A DNA stretch of 64,000 bases from an uncultured Chloroflexia bacterium (GTDB taxonomy: Bacteria > Chloroflexota > Ktedonobacteria > Ktedonobacterales > JADMIN01), in assembly GCA_963841205.1 (NCBI GenBank), contig CAWJCH010000015.1:400958-464957 (forward strand), read 5' to 3'. The notes beneath the pieces are model-generated. The model was not told where the DNA came from and ran no database searches. It saw only the letters and a program-made list of their open reading frames with translations. The position numbers were made by a program, and so were the translations under genes. The first letter of the stretch is position 1. Every line of letters starts with the position of its first letter. Of the stretch, positions 39,154-50,700 are shown in pieces.

Positions 39154-40119
39154 CTACTGCGGATACGCGAGGTTCTGCACACCCCAAGCGGTCAGAATGC
39201 GCAGATATGTGCCGTCCGAGCGCATTGCCGCGAGCGCGCCTGTGATTGCAGACTCCAACGCCGGATTGTCTTTCCGCATCACGATGCCCTCAGGCGACGG
39301 CTGAACCGTGATGCCAGAATCGATCAATTGCCCCTTGTGCTGCACAACGTAATAGTCGGTGACCGGCTGATCCTGGTAGCTAGCGTCCGCGCGACCGTTG
39401 AGCACTTGGTCCACCACCACACCTTGATCATCATTTGTGATGATGGTGATCTTGTTTGACTTGCAGACGGCGGCCTGGCCAGAGGAACCATCACCCGTTC
39501 CGTTGGCGTCCTGTAGCTCACTGAGCTCAACGGTGCCGTTCTGCGCGGCAACGTTTTTGCCACACATGTCGTTGATTGACTTGATGTTCGCGGGATTGGC
39601 AGTGGTCGTCAGGATGGATTCGCCAGCCTGGAAGTACGGAATCATGTCCACTGATTTCTGGCGATCAGTGTTGATCGTAAACGACGAGATCGACATATCG
39701 TAGCGCTGCTGCCCGAGCGGTGCACCCGAAATATCTGGGATGATGTTGCTAAAAGTGGCCTTCTCGATGTTTGTGGTCAGGCATAGGCGACGGGCGAACT
39801 CGCGCGCCAGATCCATGTCATAGCCAATATAGTTTGAGGGATTGGCCGGATCGGCGTACTCCGCGGGCGCATACGTCGTATCGCTAGCAATAGTGAGTGA
39901 CCCCGACGTGACGAGATGCCAGCTCGCTACTGTTGAGCTGCTTGGGCACACTACTACCGCGGTTCCCGTCGGCGCAATAGTGCCACGAGGTCCCCCACCC
40001 GATGCAGTCGTGGCGCCACAAGCCGAGAGAACGAGTACCAGGGCAGCGACGCCGGTCGCCATGAGGATGCGTGGCGTGCGGCGAATCTGGCCACCGGCCG
40101 GTCGCGAGAAGATGCGCAT
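39154..40119 (-). CDS. Amino-acid ABC transporter substrate-binding lipoprotein
   Basis: Lipobox LSAC, GYDMDLA, DGTYLRIL..W. Confidence 0.9.
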   Translation of the reverse strand: MRIFSRPAGGQIRRTPRILMATGVAALVLVLSACGATTASGGGPRGTIAPTGTAVVVCPSSSTVASWHLVTSGSLTIASDTTYAPAEYADPANPSNYIGYDMDLAREFARRLCLTTNIEKATFSNIIPDISGAPLGQQRYDMSISSFTINTDRQKSVDMIPYFQAGESILTTTANPANIKSINDMCGKNVAAQNGTVELSELQDANGTGDGSSGQAAVCKSNKITIITNDDQGVVVDQVLNGRADASYQDQPVTDYYVVQHKGQLIDSGITVQPSPEGIVMRKDNPALESAITGALAAMRSDGTYLRILTAWGVQNLAYPQ

Positions 40120-40323
40120 GAGTGCAGACCTCCGAGGAGCATAGTTACTCGACGACGAGAGATGAGCCGGTAGGATATGACGGCTCCGCGTTGTGTCGCC
40201 AGTCTACCACTGTTACGCAAGCATCATTGGTCGCACCGTTCTTCAGGAACGCGCCCGATGGATGCCACTACGACGCGACGCATACAAGTGTACGAACTGT
40301 GCGGGAGAAATCTCACAGTTTCT

Positions 40324-40645
40324 CCGGCCAGGAAGCCCCGGACCGTCCGGCCGGGGAGGAATAGCCGTCTCCTTTCGATGGTACACTCCAGCGGTGCTCA
40401 GGCACTCCGGTTCGTACTGGGTGCGGCCTGGAGACAACGGTTCAACCAGCACAGCGCTGATGAAGGGATCGCCCTTTCAGCACACGCGGCAGGAATGCTT
40501 CGGGCAACCGCTCGCATGCCCCTGTCGGGCCGGGCGGGGCAGAAACCCGCCATTTGTGTCAGGCGGCCGTACGCGGACTTCCCTGGGTCGGGTGTGTCGA
40601 AAGGGAGAGCTGCAAGCCCCTTGGCTTCAGCCAGGGGTACCTGAC
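40324..40645 (+). mobile_element. Second non-autonomous IS200/IS605 mini-element with reRNA-like right end
   Basis: Left hairpin CCCCGG..CCGGGGAGGAA. Right end CAAGCCCCTTGGCTTCAGCCAGGGGTACCTGAC. Internal GTCAGG is complementary to terminal CCTGAC. No transposase ORF. Confidence 0.7.
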
Positions 40646-40919
40646 ATAAGCACTGCGGCAGCATGCGCGAGCAGCCGAGGTTGCTGCAAACCAAACAAGC
40701 ATCAACGACGGTTGGAACTAGGGAGAAGTCGCGTAGGAAACAAGGAGAGCGAAAAAAGACGACGGGACGAGGTTCCGCCCACCTCGACCCGTCGTTGCAT
40801 GCGATTGGGATCACATGCCGCATTCGACGCACGTAGTATGCCGAATCGTCACCGCCTGGTACTTTCCGCGCAGGTCCACCACGGACGTTTAGCGCCTCAC
40901 GCGACCCAACTCGCCCCAC

Positions 40920-41738
40920 TCAGAATTGAAGGCCGCGCCCATGTTCGCGCAGCCACCGGCGTTGGGACGCATAATCGGGACAGCGCTGCGCCACGAGCGA
41001 CCAGAAGCGCGGCGAGTGGTTGAGTTCGCGCAGATGGCAAAGCTCATGCACCACCACGTAGTCGAGCACGGGGAGCGGCGCGAGCAGCAGCCGCCAATTG
41101 AAGTTCAAATTACCCTTGCGCGAGCAGCTCCCCCATCGGCTCTTCTGCTCCTTGATCGCCACCCGCCCGTACGCGAAGCCATAGCCCGCGTTGCAGGCAG
41201 CCAGGTGCTCCACGAAGATGGCGCCCGCCTGGAGTCGATACCACGCCTCTAATGCGCGGCGAATCGTCTCGTGACGTGTTTCCGCCACGTACAGCGTCAG
41301 CGTGTCGCCGTCGAGGGTGGCTCGGTAGCGCCCGCTCGGCGCTCCCGCTCGAAGCGCCAGACTGATCTCGCGCCCCGCGAACGGCAGGATTGCCCCGTCA
41401 ATGAGCTGCGCCCGCGGGTAAGCCGCCGTCTCGCGCGCCATACGGTCCAGCGTCGCCGCGATCCAGCGCGCCTTCTCCGCAAGCACCTGCTCGATGCGCG
41501 ACTGGGGCGTGCCGCGCGGCGCCACCACCTCGAGCCCCGTCTCCGGGCGGATCACCAGGCGTACCATCCGCGCCCGCGCGCTGATGCGCAGCACATACGG
41601 GACCGGTGCGCCACTCACATGGGTGACAAGACGGTTCGCTGTCGTCCGCGGGGAGGCGACGGGTGACGGACTGGGACGCCGCATCGCCCGCTCCAAACGG
41701 AAAGCATGCCGCCCGTCCTCTAGCCTATCCTGGGGCAT
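40920..41738 (-). CDS. YgjP/DUF45-type (M48-like) metal-dependent hydrolase
   Basis: QKSRWGSCS, LNFNWRL, YVVVHELCHL..NHSPRFW. Confidence 0.9.
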   Translation of the reverse strand: MPQDRLEDGRHAFRLERAMRRPSPSPVASPRTTANRLVTHVSGAPVPYVLRISARARMVRLVIRPETGLEVVAPRGTPQSRIEQVLAEKARWIAATLDRMARETAAYPRAQLIDGAILPFAGREISLALRAGAPSGRYRATLDGDTLTLYVAETRHETIRRALEAWYRLQAGAIFVEHLAACNAGYGFAYGRVAIKEQKSRWGSCSRKGNLNFNWRLLLAPLPVLDYVVVHELCHLRELNHSPRFWSLVAQRCPDYASQRRWLREHGRGLQF

Positions 41739-41918
41739 CGCCCGAGCATCCTTTCTCGCCGTGCCAGCCGCCGAAGGCGCCCATGCCGCCGCGCGGGAAC
41801 ACACATTACATCTAGCGAGTGGACGGACCCTCCGCGCCCGGAACACGACGGATGGGTCATCTTGCAGGGGGAATTTCGGGTAATGTTTCGAATTCGTCGG
41901 CAAATAGCGAAAAACAGC

Positions 41919-41947
41919 TTGACGCAAGCACAGCGCTGTGGTACTAT
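41919..41947 (+). promoter_or_regulatory. Sigma-70 promoter of the rRNA locus
   Basis: TTGACG-17 bp-TACTAT with extended -10 TG and an A-rich upstream segment. Confidence 0.8.
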
Positions 41948-42177
41948 CGATTTTGCGCCCACGACAGGGCACAAAAAGCACGGCGATGCCGATGCGAGCA
42001 CTTGAACAACTGAAGAGTGAGAAGCAGCAGCGTACAAGCACAGACAGCGGGAACGCCGATTCGTCGAGAATCGGCGCCGAATTACTTTGAGAACCTGTGC
42101 GAGCCGTAGAGGCTCAACATGCAGTAACTACTGCTCGGTCGTCGGCGGTGCGCAAGCACGCGACGCCCGAACGATAC

Positions 42178-43683
<1,506 letters not shown>

Positions 43684-43904
43684 GGGATACACGCTTCAGA
43701 CGCGTCTGGACGCATGGTTCGGCAACGAGCCTTGTCATCCTCCGCCACGAAGCCATTCCCAGGTCGATCGGTGGCCCTCAGAGGTTGCCGGATGACGAAT
43801 TTTAACTGTGCACAGCGTTCGAAGAAGTGATGCCCGTTGTATGTGCTGCGCGCTGTCTGTTTCTCACTCTCCAGTTGCCGCAGGTCTCGCCTCGCGGCCC
43901 GCGT

Positions 43905-43978
43905 GGGCCTGTAGCTCAGTTGGCTAGAGCGCAGTCCTGATAAGACTGAGGTCCCCCGTTCGAGCCGGGGCAGGCCCA
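43905..43978 (+). tRNA. tRNA-Ile(GAT)
   Basis: Cloverleaf GGGCCTG/CAGGCCC, anticodon loop CTGATAA, TTCGA T-loop. CCA not encoded. Confidence 0.96.
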
Positions 43979-44029
43979 CCCACAGCACCTTTGACAACCG
44001 AATCGGTGTTTCTCGTCGATGATCTTCCT

Positions 44030-44102
44030 GGGGGCGTAGCTCAGTTGGGAGAGCATCTGGTTTGCATCCAGAGGGTCAGGGGTTCGAGTCCCCTCGTCTC
44101 CA
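44030..44102 (+). tRNA. tRNA-Ala(TGC)
   Basis: Cloverleaf with G3:U70 pair and anticodon loop TTTGCAT. Confidence 0.96.
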
Positions 44103-44177
44103 CCGTCGGCCCGCCCGACGATCATCGCCCGAGAAGCCATAGAGAAGCGCGTCGAGCCGCATCTTCACATGCGGGGA

Positions 44178-44295
44178 GGCTGGTGACTATAGCGGAGGGG
44201 TTCCACCCGTTCCCATCCCGAACACGGTCGTTAAGCCCTCCAGCCCCGACGATACTGCAGGGGCAGCCCTGTGGGACAATAGGACGTTGCCGGTC
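44178..44295 (+). rRNA. rrf: 5S rRNA copy 1
   Basis: CACCCGTTCCCATCCCGAACACGG..GTTAAG signature and terminal stem. Confidence 0.95.
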
Positions 44296-44370
44296 TCCCC
44301 GCCTGCGAAGCTGACCAGTTCAACGCGCTTCTTCTTCATGACCATTCTCGCGTGTCTGCGTGCGCGGGGA

Positions 44371-44488
44371 GGCTGGTGACTATAGCGGAGGGGTTCCACC
44401 CGTTCCCATCCCGAACACGGTCGTTAAGCCCTCCAGCCCCGACGATACTGCAGGGGCAGCCCTGTGGGACAATAGGACGTTGCCGGTC
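44371..44488 (+). rRNA. rrf: 5S rRNA copy 2
   Basis: Identical to copy 1, offset by 193 bp. Confidence 0.95.
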
Positions 44489-44531
44489 TCCCCGCGCACA
44501 CAGGCCCAGCGAGCATACGACACAACCATTT

Positions 44532-44563
44532 GCCTGGAGCACCTTGCTTCAGGCGTTTTTATT
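44532..44563 (+). terminator. rRNA locus intrinsic terminator
   Basis: GCCTGGAGCA/TGCTTCAGGC stem followed by GTTTTTATT. Confidence 0.8.
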
Positions 44564-44596
44564 GCTGCGCCCGATCGTGTGATACTGTGAACCCAC

Positions 44597-45124
44597 ATGA
44601 ACGAAGCGGTATCCCAGGGAGGTACTCTAGTGGCACCGCCATCCACTGGCATCATTGCGCTGTATCCCGGGTGGGCTGCGTATCAAGAGCTCCTCATCGC
44701 CGCAATTGTGCCTTTAACCACGGAGCAGCTGGCCTTCCGTCCGTCGCCGCACCTGCGCAGCGTGGCTGAGAACTGCCGGCACATTATCGGCGCGCGCGGC
44801 CGTTGGTGTCATATGGCGATGGGCATCGGCGACGAGACGTTCGCCTCCTTTGCGCAATGGGATCGCCCGGGCATGCCAGAGCGCGACGCCGCCGCACTCG
44901 TCGACGGTATGCGACAAACCTGGGGCGTCTTGCAAGACGCCCTCGCGTACATGAACCTGGCGAACCTGGATGATACCTTCGCGAATACCAATCGCGAGCC
45001 AGGCGAGCCCGAGGTCTTTACGCGGCGGTGGATTCTCTGGCATCTCATCGAGCACGACACCCACCATGGGGGCGAGATTTCAGTGACGCTGGGGATGCAC
45101 GGACTCCCGGGACTGGATCTCTAA
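44597..45124 (+). CDS. DinB/YfiT family protein
   Basis: RSVAENCRHI and WILWHLIEHDTHHGGEI. Confidence 0.85.
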   Translation: MNEAVSQGGTLVAPPSTGIIALYPGWAAYQELLIAAIVPLTTEQLAFRPSPHLRSVAENCRHIIGARGRWCHMAMGIGDETFASFAQWDRPGMPERDAAALVDGMRQTWGVLQDALAYMNLANLDDTFANTNREPGEPEVFTRRWILWHLIEHDTHHGGEISVTLGMHGLPGLDL

Positions 45125-45174
45125 CGTGCGCGCTCGGCTCTGCGTGCACGGCCAGCACAAAAGGTGAAGCAATC

Positions 45175-46395
45175 ATGCTCCGCGGCAAGCGCATCGTCTT
45201 CGGCGTGACTGGTGGCATCGCGGCCTACAAAGCCGCCGATATCGTCAGCAAGCTGCAGCAAGCCGGAGCGCTCGTTGACGTTGTCCTGACCGCGCGAGCG
45301 ACCGAGTTCGTGCGCCCATTGACATTCTCGGCCCTGAGTCACCGGCCCGTCTACGGCGACCTGTGGGAGCCATCTGGGGAAGCCGCCGCGCGCCATATCG
45401 AGCTAGGCACCTCCGCCGATCTGCTCGTCGTCGCGCCCGCCACCGCCAACACCATCGCACGCCTCGCCCATGGACTCGCCGACGACATGCTCACTGCCGT
45501 GGCGCTCGCCTCGCGCGCCCCGCTGCTCCTCGCGCCCGCCATGGAGCACCACATGTACGAGCATCCCGCCACAAAAGCCAACCTCAGCCTCCTCAAAGAG
45601 CGCGGCGCAACGGTCATCCCGCCGGAGCTCGGCCACCTCGCCTCCGGCGAGGTCGGCATCGGGCGTTTCCCTGAGACGCCCGCCATACTGTCGCACATCA
45701 GGCGCCTACTGGGGCTGCACGGCGATCTCGCCGGCCGAAGCGTCGTCGTCACCGCCGGCGGCACGCAGGAGCCGATGGATCCCGTCCGCTTCGTCGGCAA
45801 TCGATCGAGTGGCCTGATGGGCTTCGCCATCGCGGAAGAGGCGCGCGACCGCGGCGCCGACGTGACCGTGATCGCCGGTACGGTCAGCACGCCTCTTCCG
45901 CAGGCAGTCACGCTTCGACGCGTGTCGACGGCGCTCGAGATGCGCGACGCAGTGCGCCTCGCCGTCGCGGAAGCCGATGTATTGGTGATGGCCGCGGCGG
46001 TCGCCGATTACCGCGTCGCCGAGCCGTCATCGCAGAAGATCAAGAAAGGCTCCTCCGCGGAAAATGCCGACGGGTCCCTCACGCTGCGGCTCGTGCGCAA
46101 CCCCGACATCCTCGCCGAGCTCGCCGAGGAGCGGAGGCCCCACCTGCTGCGCGTGGGTTTCGCCGCCGAAACCATCGATCTGGCCGTACATGCGGGCGCG
46201 AAACTGGCGAGTAAGAAGCTGGATCTCCTCGTCGCGAACGACGTCTCGCGCGAAGGCAGCGGCTTCGGCGCCTCCACGAATCAGGTCACGTTCTATTTCG
46301 CGGACGGGCGCGTCGAGCCGCTCGACATATTGCCCAAAGACGCCGTCGCCGCCGCGCTCTGGGATCGTATCGTCGTGCTCATCCAATCCCGCTAG
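45175..46395 (+). CDS. coaBC: Bifunctional phosphopantothenoylcysteine decarboxylase/synthetase
   Basis: GVTGGIAAYK, APATAN, TAGGTQEPMDPVRFVGNRSSG, AAAVADY, GFAAET. Confidence 0.96.
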   Translation: MLRGKRIVFGVTGGIAAYKAADIVSKLQQAGALVDVVLTARATEFVRPLTFSALSHRPVYGDLWEPSGEAAARHIELGTSADLLVVAPATANTIARLAHGLADDMLTAVALASRAPLLLAPAMEHHMYEHPATKANLSLLKERGATVIPPELGHLASGEVGIGRFPETPAILSHIRRLLGLHGDLAGRSVVVTAGGTQEPMDPVRFVGNRSSGLMGFAIAEEARDRGADVTVIAGTVSTPLPQAVTLRRVSTALEMRDAVRLAVAEADVLVMAAAVADYRVAEPSSQKIKKGSSAENADGSLTLRLVRNPDILAELAEERRPHLLRVGFAAETIDLAVHAGAKLASKKLDLLVANDVSREGSGFGASTNQVTFYFADGRVEPLDILPKDAVAAALWDRIVVLIQSR

Positions 46396-46560
46396 CCTAA
46401 TCGCGCCACGCGCTGTCCTCTCACAAGTGCGCCCCTTCGAGCGCTCCTGAGTACTCCTCTCCTACGACTCCATGTACCTCGACGCATTATGTTATGCTGC
46501 CCCGCGAGGTGATCGCCGTGCGCTGCGCGAAGCGGCTCCTCCACCAACAGGGGACAGTCA

Positions 46561-47265
46561 ATGGCATCGATGAGCGCGGGGAACGGCAACGTAACAACCT
46601 GGATCGATCAGCAGCAGCGTCGCATCCAACAGCTAGAGGCCGAGAATCTCGAGCTGCGCCGCCAGCTCGACAACCTTCGCCGAGGTGTCGGCCTCACGCT
46701 CGTCATCGAGGGCCGCGCGATTCCCCTGGCGCCGCAGCCACAGCCAAGCTCATCGCAGCCGGGCATCGGCTCCCCAGCGCCGGCGACATATGCGCACTCC
46801 AACTCGCCCGCACTCACCGGTTCAGGCGCCCCCTGGGTTCCCACGAAAGCAGCGCCGAAGCCGACCTTCGCGCGTCCTCGGTTTGAACCGATCCCGACGG
46901 GCGACACCGCACCTTTCGCCGAAGATGCGTGGCTATCGGACTCGGGCAGCGCCGTCGTGCCTCCTTCCCGCGTCGAGCGTGTAGCGCCTACCCGCCTGCG
47001 ACAGACGGCCTCTTCCCAAGACATGACACCGTCATGGTTGCGCGAGGATCCCCCCTCCCCCCGGTATTCCCAAGTCAACGCCGCAGGTCGACCGCGAGAG
47101 GTCCATCCCGCGCAGGCTCCCACGGATGCACTCCCCTCCGCCAGCCACGCCGAAGCCGAGCCGCTGCGAACCCTCGCGCAAATCACCGGCCATCAGCAGG
47201 CAGCTCGCCAGCGAAGCACAGCCGAGCGGCGCGACGTGTTCTCGGACAGCTTCGTGTTGGGATAG
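46561..47265 (+). CDS. Hypothetical protein (N-terminal coiled coil, Pro-rich linker)
   Basis: QQRRIQQLEAENLELRRQLDNLRRG followed by a low-complexity region. Confidence 0.6.
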   Translation: MASMSAGNGNVTTWIDQQQRRIQQLEAENLELRRQLDNLRRGVGLTLVIEGRAIPLAPQPQPSSSQPGIGSPAPATYAHSNSPALTGSGAPWVPTKAAPKPTFARPRFEPIPTGDTAPFAEDAWLSDSGSAVVPPSRVERVAPTRLRQTASSQDMTPSWLREDPPSPRYSQVNAAGRPREVHPAQAPTDALPSASHAEAEPLRTLAQITGHQQAARQRSTAERRDVFSDSFVLG

Positions 47266-47477
47266 AGCCAGCCGCCTACCCTCACCACCTCCCGCTCGAA
47301 CATCGCCGCACGCAGAGGTAGTTTTCCGTAGGCGCCCCGTAGGGCACTTCACCACGTCGATCCCGTCTCTTGCCCCCTCTCCTCAGGGATAGGGGTAGCG
47401 ATAAGGAACTCAACCTCGGCACGATCGGCCCCTCCGCCCACAACATCCCGCGGACAGCAATTCGAGCCCCTGTACAA

Positions 47478-47510
47478 CCTTACTCCAGCCTTACTCCAGC
47501 CTTACTCCAG
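47478..47510 (+). repeat. Tandem repeat CCTTACTCCAG x3
   Basis: Three exact 11-bp units in an intergenic region. Confidence 0.95.
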
Positions 47511-47764
47511 CGCCGCGATCCCCCGCTACAACAGCTTGTGCGGCTCAGTATGAACCAACGGCTCATCTTGCAAGCTCGCCCGTAGCGCATCGGGAACCTA
47601 GGCGGCCGAAGCAGCGTCTCCCCCACAGCCGCGCAATCCTAAATGTAAGGATAAATTGCGGGCCAGTCGGGAGAATGCTACAATCCGGGCGGCTCGCGGC
47701 GTGCCGTGTGGCCCAAGATGCAAGTCCTCGTGCGGCTGAGAGCGCCAGCCGCCCAGTTGTCACA

Positions 47765-50700
47765 ATGCGCGGGAGAAAGCGCGTGCCGGAGAAGGGAAAT
47801 CGCCAGCGCCGGCGCCGCAGCGAACCATCGCTCACGCAGGCAGGAGGGCACTCTTCGTCGCTTCGGCTGGCCTCCACCTCCAATAATGGTTCCTCTCTTT
47901 CGACGCCGTCGAAAATTGCTGAACCCTCGCCTCAGGCATCCCCCAACGAGGGTGATCCGCGCGATCCCGTGGAGGTGGGGCGCGCCGTATTCGGTGCTGT
48001 GCGCCACTGGGCCTCCGGTCGCGATTGGACGTTTTGGGCGCTCTTCGGCATTGCAATAGTAGCCTTCCTGCCGCGCGTCTACGGCCTGAACTGGGATGCC
48101 AACAACCAATTGCATCCCGACGAGCGCGAGATCATGTTCCGCGCCATCTGCCTCTCCCTTCTCGGCGCGCCGCACGACCCTAGCTGTGGAGCGATCACTA
48201 CCGGCCCCGGCTGGTTCTTCTCCGTCAATTCGCCCCTGAACCCGCACTTCTTCGCCTACGGCAGCCTCCCGCTCTACCTCGTCGCCGCCGTCGCGCACGG
48301 GCTCGCCTGGCTTACGCACCTCACCGGCGGTCGCTTCGTCCCACCTGACGGCGGCGCCTGGGACGACTTCAACCATTTCACCCTCGTCGGCCGCGTCCTC
48401 TCCGCGCTCTTCGACACCGGCACCGTCTTCGTGTCTGGCCTGCTCGCGCGACGCCTCGCCGGACGGTGGGCCGGGGTGCTAGCCGCTGCCTTCGTCGCCG
48501 TGATCCCCTTTGACGTACAGGTCTCGCACTTCTACGCCGTCGATACATTGCTCACGTTCTTTGTCGTGCTGACCCTCCTCGCCTGCGTGCGACTGGTCCA
48601 GCGCAGTGATCGCGTGCTCGCCACCATGGACCGCGAGGCCGACGACGGCTCGATAGAGACGCTTGAACTGCTGCCGACCATCTGGAGCAGTTGGCGCGGT
48701 GGCCTCTTCATCGGCGTCGCCTTCGGGCTGGCAATGGCCACCAAAATCAGCGCGTTGCCCCTCCTTGCTCCGATCCTGGTCGCGCTGATCCTCCTCGCGC
48801 GGCGTCGCGGCGTCGAGTATGCGGCGCTCACCTTCCTTGGCATCGCCGGCGCCGCGTTCATCACCTTCGCCGTCACCAGCCCCTACGCCTTCATCGACTC
48901 CACCGAGTTCTGGCAGCAGATCAACGAGCAGACCATGCTCTCGCGCGGCCAGCTCGACTATCCCTATGTGCGCCACTTCGCCAACACCACCCCATTCATC
49001 TACCAGTTACAGCAGATGATCCTCTACGACATGGGGCTTCCGCTGGCGCTGCTGGGGCTGGCTGGCTTCGCCTGGGCCGTCTCGCGTGTCTGGCGCCGCT
49101 GGAGCGACGAGTGGGGCATCATCGTCGTCTTCCTCGCAGGCTACTTCGCCGTCGTTGGCAGCGCCTACGTCAAATACACGCGCTACATGCTGCCCGTCTT
49201 CGCGCCGCTGGCGGTCTGCGGCGCGGCGGCGCTCGTGGTCTTCGCCCGATGGGGCACGACACGCCTGGCGGCATCCCGTACGGCTTCCTCAGCGCCGGCA
49301 GCCGTCGCCGCCTCGAATCTCCGCCAGCGCATCGCCCAACTCCCACAGCGCGCGCTCGGCTCCGCGCCCGCGCGGCGGCTCACCTCGCACTTCGGCGCAC
49401 GCTGGTGGCGCACCGTCTGCGTCGCCCTCGGCGTCGGCGTCCTCGCCGTCTCGACGTTCTTCACGCTCGCCCTCATGCACATCTACTCGCTGCCCAATAC
49501 GCGCATCCAGGCGTCGACCTGGATGTACGACCACATCCCCGCCGGCTCGACCGTCACCTACGAGATCTCGGGATCGCGGCCTACCCGTCGACGTGCCCGC
49601 CACCGGAACGAACTCCCTCGGCGAGCCGCTGACCAAGGCCGGCAACGTCATCAACCCCAACGAGTACCAAATCGTCGGCCTCGACATCTACGCCGAGGAC
49701 ACCCCCACCAAGGCCGACACCCTCTCGCAGCAGCTCGCCAGCGCGGACGTCGTCGTGCTGAGCAGCAACCACCTGCTGCACTCCATTCCGCTGTTGCCCG
49801 ACCGCTACCCGATGAGCACCCGCTACTACCAACTCCTCTTCGCCGGGAAACTCGGCTTCACGCTGGCCTATCACGCCGCCGAGCAGCCGTCTTTCCTCGG
49901 TATCAATGAAGATGATTCCGGTGCGGAGGAAAGCTGGTCGTACTACGATCACCCGCCGGTCTGGATCTTCGTCCGCCAGGGCGCCGGGCTGGGCCAGAAG
50001 CAGATCGAGTCGCTGCTGACCGACGGCATCTCTCTACCTGCAGCATCCACGCGCTCGGGTAGCCAGAAGTCGTTGCTCCTGCCGCAACAGAACATCGCCG
50101 CCAACGCACAGTCGCCAACGATGGACGCGCAGTTCTCGCCGGATAGCCTGGCAAACCAGATTCCCGTCCTCTGGTGGCTGCTCGTCGTCGAGCTGCTCGG
50201 CCTGCTCACCTTCCCGCTCACCTTCTACGTCTTCCATGGCCTCCACGACCGCGGCTGGGGTTTCAGCAAGCTGCTCGGCCTGCTGCTGCTCGCGTTCACC
50301 ATCTGGCTGCCGTCGAGCCTCAAGATCGTGCCGTTCGATCGGTGGGTGGTCTTCGTTGGCTTCGGGCTTCTCGCCGTCATCGGCGGCGCGCTGGCGTGGT
50401 GGCGCAGGCGTGAGTTGCTGGCCTTCGTCCGCGCGCGCTGGCGGACGCTACTGGTCGGCGAGCTTGCTTTCCTGGCGATCTTCCTCCTCTTCGTCTGGAT
50501 ACGTTCGCTCGACCCCGATCTCTGGCAGCTCTGGAACGGCGGCGAGAAGCCGATGGACTTCGCCTACCTCAACGCCATCCTCCGCAGCCGCTACATGCCG
50601 CCGCTCGATCCGTTCTTCTCCGGCGGCTACATCAACTACTACTACTACGGCCTCTTCCTCGTCGCCGTCCTAATCAAGCTCACCGGCATCGTGCCCTCCG

